A DNA stretch of 64,000 nucleotides from a virus. Every line of letters starts with the position of its first letter. The first letter of the stretch is position 1. A model generated the notes under the pieces. It searched no databases. It worked only from the letters and a program-made list of their open reading frames with translations, and was not told the origin of the DNA. Below, piece after piece: positions 30,120 to 38,499 of the stretch. The DNA lies in the IMG/VR virus record IMGVR_UViG_3300047557_001530, positions 64,001-128,000 of that record; one strand, written 5' to 3'. The position numbers and the translations under genes are program-made.

Positions 30120-32428
30120 GTAACGGCATTAAAGTTCAAAAACGTGATGGCACTATTGAAGCTTTAAATCTAGATAAGATTCATCGTATGGTCGATGAAG
30201 CTTGTGATGGACTTGCTGGAGTTTCTGCGTCTCAAGTAGAAATGAATTCTGGCATTCAATTCTATGATGGCATTACAACAGAAGAAATTCAAGAAATTCT
30301 AATTCGTTCTGCCAGTGATCTTATTTCACTGGACAATCCTAATTATCAATTTGTTGCGGCTCGTCTTCTTTTGTTCGCCTTACGCAAGCAAGTTTTCCAC
30401 AAGAACATTTGGAAAGAAGGTATGCCCAGCATTTATGATGTGGCCCTATATAATTCAACTGTGCTGGGAGTATATGATGAAGAAATTCTTGACAAGTATA
30501 CAGATGAAGATTGGACAAAGATTAACAGTTGGGTAGAGCACGATAGAGATTATCTTTTCTCCTATGCTGGTCTTCGCCAGGTAGTTGATAAGTATCTTGT
30601 TCAAGACAGAAGCAGTGGAGAAATTTTTGAAACTCCACAGTATATGTACATGATGATTGCTTTGACCCTGTTTGCAGAGTATCCACTTTCAGTACGATTG
30701 GATTACGTTCGCCGTTACTACAATGCCATCTCAAAGCACAAGATCAACATCCCCACGCCAATCATGGCGGGAGTCAGAACAACTCTTAGACAATTCGCTA
30801 GTTGTGTTCTTATTGATTCTGATGACACCCTCAATAGCATCTTTAGCAGCGACATGGCTATTGGTCGCTACGTTGCTCAGAGGGCGGGTATTGGTATCAA
30901 CGCTGGCAGAATCCGTGGAGTCAACAGTAAGATCCGAGGGGGAGAAGTTGCTCATACAGGGGTTATCCCATTCCTCAAAAAGTTTGAAGCAACTGTCAGA
31001 TGCTGTACACAAAACGGGATTCGTGGTGGAAGTGCTACTGTCCACTTTCCAATCTGGCACCAAGAAATAGAAGACATTATTGTTCTTAAGAACAATAAAG
31101 GCACAGAAGATAATCGAGTGCGTAAGCTTGATTACTCAATTCAAACTAGCAAATTGTTCTATGAGAGATTCATTCAAAACGGAGATATCACATTATTCTC
31201 ACCTCACGATGTTCCTGGTCTTAATGATGCTTTTGGTACTCCCGATTTCGATGACCTATATAAGCGTTATGAGTCTGATGATTCAATTCCCAAAAAACGA
31301 GTTAGTGCCCAGGAATTAACCCTTTCTCTACTCAAAGAACGTGCAGAAACTGGTCGTGTTTATATTATGAATATCGACCATTGTAATTCACACTCTTCTT
31401 TCCTAGATAAAGTTTGGATGAGTAATCTCTGTCAAGAAATCACACTTCCCACAGATCCTATTCAACACATTGACGGTGATGGTGAAATTGCTCTTTGTAT
31501 TCTTTCTGCTATCAATGTAGGCAAACTCAAGAATCTTGATGATCTTGAAGAACTATGTGATCTTTCTGTTCGTGGTCTTGAAGAGTTAATTGATTATCAA
31601 AACTATCCCGTGAAAGCAGCTGAGATTTCTACAATTAATCGTCGTTCACTTGGAGTTGGCTATATTGGCTTAGCTCATTATCTAGCAAAACATGGAGTAA
31701 AATATGACGACCCAACCGCTTGGAAACTCGTCCACGACCTTACTGAAGCTTTCCAGTTCTATCTGCTCAAGTCATCAAACACCATCGCCAAAGAGAAAGG
31801 AGCATGTGGATATTTTAATCGAACGAAGTATTCAGACGGTATTCTCCCAATCGACACTTATAAAAAAGACGTAGACGAAATTGTACCTAATAATTTAAAT
31901 TATGATTGGGAGACTTTACGTTCCGAGATTCAAACATATGGACTACGACATTCAACGTTGTCCGCACAAATGCCTTCGGAAAGCAGTTCCGTTGTGTCAA
32001 ATGCCACAAATGGAATTGAGCCGCCTAGAGATTACTTGTCCGTTAAGAAATCAAAGAAAGGACCTCTTAAGCAGATTGTCCCCAGTTATCAAACTCTCAA
32101 AAATGCTTATACGCTTCTTTGGGATATGCCTAACAATACTGGTTATATCAATATTGTTGCTGTTATGCAGAAGTTCTTTGATCAAGCGATTTCTGGAAAC
32201 TGGTCGTATAATCCAGAGAATTATGCCGATAATGAAGTTCCTACTTCGGTAATGGCTCAAGACTTCCTCAATACTTATAAGTATGGATGGAAAACTTCTT
32301 ACTATCAAAATACATATGATGCTAAGAAGGATGAAGTTACCGAAGATCGACGCCAGCAAGATGTCGAAGATATGCTCAATGATTTGTTAAACCTACAGGA
32401 GGACGATTGTGACAGTTGTAAAATTTAA
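30116..32428 (+). CDS. nrdA: Ribonucleotide reductase class Ia alpha subunit
   Basis: ATP cone, PTPIMAGVRT, SNLCQEI, C-terminal CDSCKI. Confidence 0.98.
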   Translation: MSNGIKVQKRDGTIEALNLDKIHRMVDEACDGLAGVSASQVEMNSGIQFYDGITTEEIQEILIRSASDLISLDNPNYQFVAARLLLFALRKQVFHKNIWKEGMPSIYDVALYNSTVLGVYDEEILDKYTDEDWTKINSWVEHDRDYLFSYAGLRQVVDKYLVQDRSSGEIFETPQYMYMMIALTLFAEYPLSVRLDYVRRYYNAISKHKINIPTPIMAGVRTTLRQFASCVLIDSDDTLNSIFSSDMAIGRYVAQRAGIGINAGRIRGVNSKIRGGEVAHTGVIPFLKKFEATVRCCTQNGIRGGSATVHFPIWHQEIEDIIVLKNNKGTEDNRVRKLDYSIQTSKLFYERFIQNGDITLFSPHDVPGLNDAFGTPDFDDLYKRYESDDSIPKKRVSAQELTLSLLKERAETGRVYIMNIDHCNSHSSFLDKVWMSNLCQEITLPTDPIQHIDGDGEIALCILSAINVGKLKNLDDLEELCDLSVRGLEELIDYQNYPVKAAEISTINRRSLGVGYIGLAHYLAKHGVKYDDPTAWKLVHDLTEAFQFYLLKSSNTIAKEKGACGYFNRTKYSDGILPIDTYKKDVDEIVPNNLNYDWETLRSEIQTYGLRHSTLSAQMPSESSSVVSNATNGIEPPRDYLSVKKSKKGPLKQIVPSYQTLKNAYTLLWDMPNNTGYINIVAVMQKFFDQAISGNWSYNPENYADNEVPTSVMAQDFLNTYKYGWKTSYYQNTYDAKKDEVTEDRRQQDVEDMLNDLLNLQEDDCDSCKI

Positions 32429-33593
32429 ACTCAACGAAGAACCCATGAGCCACATTCAAGGAATGACTGTATTCAATACAGAAGAAGTCAATACTCTAAA
32501 ACAACCGATGTTCTTTGGTGCCCCCTTGGGGGTCCAAAGATATGATCAATTTAAGTATCCTGTCTTTGATAAACTGACTCAACAACAACTTGGTTATTTC
32601 TGGAGACCTGAAGAAGTTTCTCTTCAGAAAGATCGTGCTGATTATCAAACTCTTCGTCCTGAACAAAAACACATTTTCACTTCTAACCTTAAGTACCAGA
32701 TCCTCTTGGATTCTGTACAGGGGCGTGGTCCTGGGATGGCTTTTCTTCCTTACTGTTCACTACCTGAGCTTGAATCTTGTATGACGGCGTGGGAATTTAT
32801 GGAGATGATTCACTCCCGTTCATACACTTATATCATCAAGAATGTGTATCCAGATCCTTCAGAAGTTCTTGATACTATTATCAATGATGAGCAAATCCTT
32901 CAACGTGCTCAAAGTGTAACTAAGTCATACGACGAATTCATTCAAGCTGCTCAGGATTATTCTTCTGGTAATCAATGGCAGCATCAACTTGAAGGTGTTC
33001 CTGCTGCTAAAGAAACTCTTTATGAACTCAAAAGAAAACTATACCGTGCCATTGTTAACGTTAATATTCTGGAAGGTATACGCTTTTATGTCTCGTTCGC
33101 TTGTTCTTTTGCCTTTGGCGAACTCAAACTCATGGAAGGAAACGCCAAAATCATCGGACTAATTGCCCGTGATGAATCACAACATCTTGTAATCACACAG
33201 AATATTATTAATAAGTGGCATAGTAATGATGACCCAGACATGCTACAGATTGCCAAAGAAGAAGAGCAAACTGTTTATGATATGTTTAGGCAATGTGTTG
33301 AGGAAGAAAAATGTTGGGCAGATTATCTTTTTAAAGATGGTTCTATGATTGGTTTGAATGCTAAATTACTTCAAAAGTATGTTGAGTGGACAGCTAATCG
33401 TCGCCTCAAAGCAATTGGTCTCAACCCAATCTTTGATGCTCCTTTGAATAACAATCCTCTTCCCTGGACTGAACATTGGCTATCTTCTAAAGGTCTTCAA
33501 GTTGCCCCACAAGAAACAGAAGTTGAATCTTATGTGATCGGTGGTCTTAAACAAGATGTGAAAGAAGATACTTTCGCTGGATTCCAGCTTTAA
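32409..33593 (+). CDS. nrdB: Ribonucleotide reductase beta subunit
   Basis: FWRPEEVSL, EMIHSRSY, EGIRFYVSF, RDESQH, APQETEVESY. Confidence 0.98.
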   Translation: MTVVKFKLNEEPMSHIQGMTVFNTEEVNTLKQPMFFGAPLGVQRYDQFKYPVFDKLTQQQLGYFWRPEEVSLQKDRADYQTLRPEQKHIFTSNLKYQILLDSVQGRGPGMAFLPYCSLPELESCMTAWEFMEMIHSRSYTYIIKNVYPDPSEVLDTIINDEQILQRAQSVTKSYDEFIQAAQDYSSGNQWQHQLEGVPAAKETLYELKRKLYRAIVNVNILEGIRFYVSFACSFAFGELKLMEGNAKIIGLIARDESQHLVITQNIINKWHSNDDPDMLQIAKEEEQTVYDMFRQCVEEEKCWADYLFKDGSMIGLNAKLLQKYVEWTANRRLKAIGLNPIFDAPLNNNPLPWTEHWLSSKGLQVAPQETEVESYVIGGLKQDVKEDTFAGFQL

Positions 33594-33632
33594 ACTGAAT
33601 AGATAAATACCTCCGAAAGGAGGTTTTTTATT

Positions 33633-33971
33633 ATGAAAGTGCAATCAGCAAAAGCGAAAGGTCGCCGTCTTCAACAATGGGTTCGTGATAAACTTATCGA
33701 AATGCTTGATGTCCATCCTGAAGATATTGAAAGTAGATCTATGGGTGCTGGTGGGGAAGATTTAATTATGGCACGAGCTGCCAGACAAAAGTTTCCTCAC
33801 AGCATTGAATGTAAAAATGTAGAAAAGTTAAATGTTTGGGAAGCATATGAACAAGCCCAAGCAAACTCAGGTGATTATGAACCAGTCCTTGTCATGAAAA
33901 AGAATGGCAAAAAGCCATTGGTTGTAGTAGATGCCGAGTATTACATTCAACTTCACGGAGAAAAACAATGA
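33633..33971 (+). CDS. Holliday-junction-resolvase-like PD-(D/E)XK nuclease
   Basis: SAKAKGRRLQ, GEDL, SIECKN. Confidence 0.7.
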   Translation: MKVQSAKAKGRRLQQWVRDKLIEMLDVHPEDIESRSMGAGGEDLIMARAARQKFPHSIECKNVEKLNVWEAYEQAQANSGDYEPVLVMKKNGKKPLVVVDAEYYIQLHGEKQ

Positions 33972-34672
33972 AAATTACTTTACAAAATTTCTTTGAACAC
34001 TTTGATAAGAATAATCCGAATCATGTAAAAGCAGTACAAATGTTTCTACATGCCCTAGAAAAAGCAGCACCAGAAGAACTAGAAGATACTTCTGGCTGGG
34101 TCAAAACATTCAGAACACCTGTTCAAAAACAAGCAACAAATATTTTAGAAAACTTTCCTTGGTTTCCTCAGACAGACAACTACAGGGATGCACAAAGAAC
34201 TTGTAATAGTTCTGCCTGTGCTATGTGCTTAGAATATTTAAAGCCAGGTACACTCAAAGGACCTAAAGGTGATGATGCTTATGTTCAAAAAGTATTTGCT
34301 ATAGGTGATACCACTGACCACACGGTTCAAACTCGTGTGTTGATGTCTTATGGTATTAATTCTGCTTTTAGATATAACTTAACATTTGATGAACTCGATA
34401 AGCAACTTGCAGCCAAGCGTCCAGTTGTTATTGGAATCCTTCACAGGGGAACCCTAGCAGCCCCTACAGGAGGCCATATGGTTGTTGTGATTGGGAAGAC
34501 GCCCGCAGGCGATTACATCGTTCACGACCCTTATGGCAGCCTTAACGACGGTTATACAGGACCTGTTACAAATGGCAGGGGTGCGGTGTATAAGCGTAGC
34601 GATCTTGTGCGTAGATGGTGTCCTGCAGGAAATGATGGTTGGGGTAGAGTTTTTGATGCTGTAAAAAAGTAG
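33968..34672 (+). CDS. Putative endolysin, C39-like cysteine peptidase (short form)
   Basis: QTDN...RTCNSSACAM (Cys), GGHMVVVIG (His), VHDPYG (Asp); ends GTA AAA AAG TAG. Confidence 0.8.
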   Translation: MKITLQNFFEHFDKNNPNHVKAVQMFLHALEKAAPEELEDTSGWVKTFRTPVQKQATNILENFPWFPQTDNYRDAQRTCNSSACAMCLEYLKPGTLKGPKGDDAYVQKVFAIGDTTDHTVQTRVLMSYGINSAFRYNLTFDELDKQLAAKRPVVIGILHRGTLAAPTGGHMVVVIGKTPAGDYIVHDPYGSLNDGYTGPVTNGRGAVYKRSDLVRRWCPAGNDGWGRVFDAVKK

Positions 34673-35145
34673 AAAGTTCTATCCCTCAAGCTGGGATAGA
34701 ACTTATACGTGAGTTTGAAGGATGTCATTTACATGCCTATCCAGACCCAAAAACTGGCGGACCTCCTATTACAATTGGATGGGGAAGTACTAAAGATTTT
34801 AATGGTCAATCATTTAAAATGGGAAGGACAATAACACGAGAATATGCTGATAAACTTTTAGAATTTGATATTAAAAACAGATTCCTTCCTTATCTAGAAA
34901 AAATTCCTTATTGGGGAGAAATGAATGACAATCAACGGGGAGCACTTCTCAGCTTTGCTTATAATCTCGGTGCTGGCTTTTATGGCGGAGTTGGTTTTAA
35001 TACTATCTCTCGCAATTTACGTGAGAAAGATTGGTTATCAATCCCAAAAACATTAGAATTGTATCGTGATCCTGGCACTAACGTAGAAGCAGGATTACTG
35101 AGGAGAAGGAGAAGAGAAGGTTCTTTGTGGTTAGGAATAGGGTAA
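34669..35145 (+). CDS. GH24 (phage lysozyme) domain, reached by -1 frameshift from the peptidase
   Basis: -1 frame reads VESSIPQAGIELIREFEGCHLHAYPDPKTGGPPITIGWG...ALLSFAYNLG...GLLRRRRREG; catalytic E/D/T lie upstream of the first ATG (34819). Confidence 0.85.
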   Translation, partial: VESSIPQAGIELIREFEGCHLHAYPDPKTGGPPITIGWGSTKDFNGQSFKMGRTITREYADKLLEFDIKNRFLPYLEKIPYWGEMNDNQRGALLSFAYNLGAGFYGGVGFNTISRNLREKDWLSIPKTLELYRDPGTNVEAGLLRRRRREGSLWLGIG

Positions 35146-35469
35146 AGCAATACCTTCGCTTAACATTTTTTCATTTAATGTGACAGGATCGCCAACAAGA
35201 TAAAGAGTGCCAAGTATTCTTCCATACTTGTCCTCTTTTGTTGTTTCAATAATCCACTCTCCTTCACGGGAGAGTTCTTTTTTTAGCCATTCTTTTGCCG
35301 ATAGACCTTTTTCTTTCTCTGCTAGGTCTTTGGTTCTAGTTTCGGCAGCATTAATATCTTTTAGTCTTATTCTTTGAGAGAGTGTGATACCAAAACCTAA
35401 ATCAATATCAACATCAATAGTGTCGCCATCAATGATTCTCTTGATCTTCTTGATCTTGTATTGATACAT
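35131..35469 (-). CDS. Thermonuclease (SNase-like)
   Basis: RIIDGDTIDV, RIRLKDINAAE, DKYGRILG, LNEKMLSEGIA. Confidence 0.88.
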   Translation of the reverse strand: MYQYKIKKIKRIIDGDTIDVDIDLGFGITLSQRIRLKDINAAETRTKDLAEKEKGLSAKEWLKKELSREGEWIIETTKEDKYGRILGTLYLVGDPVTLNEKMLSEGIALPYS

Positions 35470-35578
35470 CTTTCATCTCCAAATATGCTAACCTTAATAT
35501 GTAGTAAATTATCCAAGCAGTGAATACCAATCCACTGCCAAGTATAATAACTACTCCCCAAGGAAAATCGTGAATCAT
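35429..35578 (-). CDS. Small membrane protein (49 aa)
   Basis: Manually read MIHDFPWGVVIILGSGLVFTAWIIYYILRLAYLEMK... Confidence 0.55.
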   Translation of the reverse strand: MIHDFPWGVVIILGSGLVFTAWIIYYILRLAYLEMKDVSIQDQEDQENH

Positions 35579-35781
35579 TTTTTAACTTCTCTCAAAATCT
35601 CCATCATTAAATCTTGTTGTTTTTCAGAATCATTCTTCATTTCTTGAAGAGTTTTTTCCATCTGAATAATTTTTTGCTCTTGAACTACAGTCTTTTGTTG
35701 AAGACCCCAAAAACTTGTTACACCACCAATGATGGCAGCTCCTATTAGAGATGTTGCTATCGTGCCCATATTGAGTTCCAT
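35575..35781 (-). CDS. Small TM + coiled-coil protein (holin/spanin-like architecture)
   Basis: N-terminal hydrophobic helix then coiled coil. Confidence 0.55.
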   Translation of the reverse strand: MELNMGTIATSLIGAAIIGGVTSFWGLQQKTVVQEQKIIQMEKTLQEMKNDSEKQQDLMMEILREVKK

Positions 35782-35782
35782 T

Positions 35783-35977
35783 TTAATATCTACCTTCCTG
35801 TTTATGTATCCAAGTTTTTAATTCGTGAAGATATTGTCTAAGTTGATCTGCTTTTTCTAGATGCCATTTATCACCACTCTTGAAATACTCTTGAGTGTGG
35901 TTGTCTATTGCTTTGAGAATATTATGTATTGGTGCGTTCCAAGGCTCACGTTTGGGAGTATTCCATTCTCTTGGCAT
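35783..35977 (-). CDS. Conserved hypothetical protein
   Basis: MPREWNTPKREPWNAPIHNILKAIDNH. Confidence 0.7.
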   Translation of the reverse strand: MPREWNTPKREPWNAPIHNILKAIDNHTQEYFKSGDKWHLEKADQLRQYLHELKTWIHKQEGRY

Positions 35978-36085
35978 ACTTCACTTTTTTTACCTCCATT
36001 CTTTGCCTTCTTCGCAGTAGCATTACCTTGATTTTGCTTTGGTTTCTTGGCAGCTTTGCTACCTTTGTTCTTTTCCTTAGACATG
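35905..36085 (-). CDS. Small basic K-rich peptide (3' end uncertain)
   Basis: MSKEKNKGSKAAKKPKQNQGNATAKKAKNGGKK; minus-strand CATAAATA late box upstream. Confidence 0.45.
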
Positions 36086-36154
36086 ATTCGGTATACCGAT
36101 ACACTAATATTTATGTGGGGGGTTGACAAGAGGCTAAATAGATGCTATATTATG

Positions 36155-36276
36155 AATTCCTCACATGTGGGGATCACATCATGAGAGAGTGAGTGACAAT
36201 TAGAGCCCAGGAAGGTGCCCCCCGAGAGGGGCGGTGTACCCCCCTTCTATTGGGATGTAGAGTTCTATTCAATTAA
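36155..36276 (+). ncRNA. Candidate structured 5' leader RNA of rlpA
   Basis: Nested stems TAGAGC/GTTCTA, CCCA/TGGG, GAAGG/CCTTC, GCCCC/GGGGC in an AT-rich genome; TTGACA promoter upstream. Confidence 0.5.
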
Positions 36277-36639
36277 ATGCTTTTTAAAACCCTGTCTATT
36301 CTCGCCATTGCTACTGTAGGACTGGCACCCCTTCAAGCAAAGGCATCGAGCGGATGTTCCCTCGCATCACATTATGGAGTTGGTGACGGATATCACGGTC
36401 GCACCACCGCTAACGGTGAAAGATATAATGCTTACGGTCATTCCACAGCCCACAGATACCTTCCTTTTGGAACACGTCTCAGGGTAACTAACCAAGCGAA
36501 TGGCAGATCTGTAATTGTTCGTGTGAATGATCGGGGTCCTTTTGTGGGCGGACGATCACTTGACCTTTCTTATGGAGCATTCACTACTATTGCTTCTCCT
36601 GGTCAAGGCGTTGCCCGAGTCTGTTATTCCCGAGTATAA
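36277..36639 (+). CDS. rlpA: RlpA-like (DPBB) lytic transglycosylase with signal peptide
   Basis: ASHYG..YHGRTTANGE, TAHRYLPFGT, VRVNDRGPF, LDLSYGAF. Confidence 0.9.
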   Translation: MLFKTLSILAIATVGLAPLQAKASSGCSLASHYGVGDGYHGRTTANGERYNAYGHSTAHRYLPFGTRLRVTNQANGRSVIVRVNDRGPFVGGRSLDLSYGAFTTIASPGQGVARVCYSRV

Positions 36640-36676
36640 CAGCATAAATATGGGGGAGGTATCTCCCCCTTTTTTA

Positions 36677-36973
36677 ATGTCTATTCAAGATTTACCAGAT
36701 GATGAAAAAGATGCTATTGATATTTTAGCAAAAGCTGGATACCTCAAAGCTTCCAATGATAAAATTGAAGTATCTTTAGAATCATCAAATACTTTAAATA
36801 TTCAACCAAAGGGAAATGTTTTTGGAGCAAAAGTAAAAGTAGAAAATGATGGAAGCATCACACCTACTCTCACTTTCGACACAAAAAAATTAAGAGATTC
36901 TAAAAGAATAGATGCTAAATCTGCTGTAGATCAAGCACTAGAAGATTATCTGAATGGTGGAGGCAATGTTTAA
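36677..36973 (+). CDS. Hypothetical protein
   Basis: MSIQDLPDDEK... after a late box and terminator hairpin. Confidence 0.6.
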   Translation: MSIQDLPDDEKDAIDILAKAGYLKASNDKIEVSLESSNTLNIQPKGNVFGAKVKVENDGSITPTLTFDTKKLRDSKRIDAKSAVDQALEDYLNGGGNV

Positions 36974-37439
36974 ATTATTTGAAGTTAAGGAAGGAAAATT
37001 AAAAATTTTACCTTCATTAAGGTTTAAAAATATTGGTGGGTTTATTATAATTTCAATTGTTGCAATTATAATTGCTAACTTATCAGGAGCATTGAAAGTA
37101 AATGAAAGAGATCTTTGGAAATTTTATAATCTTTTAATTAATAGACTTGGTTTACAACAGGAACTACCTGACATAAGAGATCATGAAAAACAACTTGACG
37201 CTCAAATTGAATTGGAAGTTGATAAAGCAATTCGTGATTACGAACGCTTGACAGGAGACGATGGAACTGTTAGAATACCACCACCACGACGTTCCGAGAA
37301 ACCAGTAGACACCTCGGTGTGCTACACTCCTGAATGTCAAGCACTTGGAGGAGAAATCCGAATCTGTGCTCCATGGGTTCCAGATTGCCCCTTGACAAAC
37401 CAAGAACAATCTGGTACAATAAACAAGTTGTCTCAGTAG
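36966..37439 (+). CDS. Hypothetical membrane protein with Cys-rich C-terminus
   Basis: One TM helix; CYTPECQALGGEIRICAPWVPDC. Confidence 0.65.
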   Translation: MFKLFEVKEGKLKILPSLRFKNIGGFIIISIVAIIIANLSGALKVNERDLWKFYNLLINRLGLQQELPDIRDHEKQLDAQIELEVDKAIRDYERLTGDDGTVRIPPPRRSEKPVDTSVCYTPECQALGGEIRICAPWVPDCPLTNQEQSGTINKLSQ

Positions 37440-37552
37440 CTCAGTGGAATAGAGCAACCGCCTTCGGGAGTTCCGAGTGGACTTAATGGGGAGCATTACC
37501 CTATACTCTCATAAGCGGTCGGTCGCTGGTTCAAATCCAGCCTGAGACGCCA
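37430..37552 (+). tRNA. tRNA-Arg(TCT) interrupted by a 46-nt insert in the anticodon loop
   Basis: GTCTCAG/CTGAGAC acceptor + G73-CCA, D and T arms intact, ACCGC-CTTC[46 nt]TAA-GCGGT; promoter TTGACA-N17-TACAAT at 37392-37420. Confidence 0.8.
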
Positions 37553-37624
37553 GGGCGATTAACTCAGCGGTAGAGTAATTCCCTTACAAGGAATGAGTCA
37601 CTGGTTCGATTCCAGTATCGCCCA
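37553..37624 (+). tRNA. tRNA-Val(TAC)
   Basis: GGGCGAT/ATCGCCC, ATTCC-CTTACAA-GGAAT. Confidence 0.93.
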
Positions 37625-37705
37625 TTACATCTATAAATATTATGGACAAAGAACGATATTTAAAACTTAGAAAAGAACTTGACGATATAAAAGGAATGTT
37701 GAGAG

Positions 37706-37960
37706 ATGTTAGTTATCAGATGCAAGAATTGCGGGAAAGTATTAGAGGAGCATCCTTCCCAACTACGATGCTGTCAGTGCCCCAACCTTACCAGCATCCG
37801 TGGTGGACATATCAGCGGTATGGATCTGTCGTTGGTGGAAATAATCTCGGGAGCCAAGTCCAAGCGTCAGGATCAATCGATCTTGACGAAACAAGATCTA
37901 GAATTTCAGGAACAACGAAAGCAGCGTAGAGTTCGTAGACTTGACTTTGAAGTAAGATAG
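37706..37960 (+). CDS. Zn-ribbon hypothetical protein
   Basis: RCKNCG...CCQCPN; AAGGA SD; TATAAATA upstream. Confidence 0.65.
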   Translation: MLVIRCKNCGKVLEEHPSQLRCCQCPNLTSIRGGHISGMDLSLVEIISGAKSKRQDQSILTKQDLEFQEQRKQRRVRRLDFEVR

Positions 37961-37979
37961 CCCTATAATGGGCTCATAA

Positions 37980-38051
37980 CGGGGTGTAAGTCAGCGGTAG
38001 ACGGCTTGCTTTGGGAGCAAGAAGACACTGGTTCGATCCCAGTCACCCCGA
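37980..38051 (+). tRNA. tRNA-Pro(TGG)
   Basis: CGGGGTG/CACCCCG, CTTGC-TTTGGGA-GCAAG; promoter TTGACT-N17-TATAAT at 37941-37969. Confidence 0.93.
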
Positions 38052-38069
38052 TTGTCATTACGACATACC

Positions 38070-38264
38070 ATGATTGAAATTACACAAGATGAATTTGAAA
38101 GCAACTTTGATGCCTACATGGATCGAGTTGAACAAAACCAAGAAATGTTTCTAATCAGACTACCTGATGGTAGAGGTGTTGTGATGGCACCTGTTGATGA
38201 AGAAACTAAAGAAGTTTTTGACAACGTTATTCAAAAAAATTATGTCCCTGAACTCACAGATTGA
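38070..38264 (+). CDS. Phd/YefM-antitoxin-like small protein
   Basis: MIEITQDEFESNFDAYMDRVEQNQEMFLIRLPDGRGVVMAPV fits the Phd beta-alpha-alpha-beta-beta pattern. Confidence 0.5.
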   Translation: MIEITQDEFESNFDAYMDRVEQNQEMFLIRLPDGRGVVMAPVDEETKEVFDNVIQKNYVPELTD

Positions 38265-38499
38265 AACTGCGAAAGATGCTGTAAGTAAAGCACTTATCAC
38301 AGCACTTGAAAATAAAAATGAACTTGTTGTTAGCAAGTTAATGAATTGCTATACAAGTTTGAGTACGATTACTGTTGCCGATACGTTTGCATCGTCATCG
38401 AAATATAAAATTGATTTTGGCGGTGGAATTTATACAAACAATTATAACATTCCTTGTTCTATGAACGATGATGTAATTTCATTCACTGGTCTGGGTTAG
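38242..38499 (+). CDS. Hypothetical protein
   Basis: MSLNSQIETAKDAVSKALITALE... Confidence 0.6.
   Translation: MSLNSQIETAKDAVSKALITALENKNELVVSKLMNCYTSLSTITVADTFASSSKYKIDFGGGIYTNNYNIPCSMNDDVISFTGLG

Noticed and set aside
19244-33593. Introns or inteins in g43, g41, nrdA, nrdB (and psbA)
   Set aside because: All are continuous ORFs of normal length with no intein or homing endonuclease motifs
34819-35145. 108-aa ORF as a stand-alone lysozyme
   Set aside because: Lacks the catalytic Glu/Asp/Thr segment, which lies upstream in the same frame; better explained by the frameshift
37466-37511. Group I intron, BHB intron or HDV-like (theta) ribozyme as the identity of the tRNA insert
   Set aside because: Too short for a group I core, no 3-4-3 bulge-helix-bulge, and the nested double pseudoknot could not be built by eye; left unclassified
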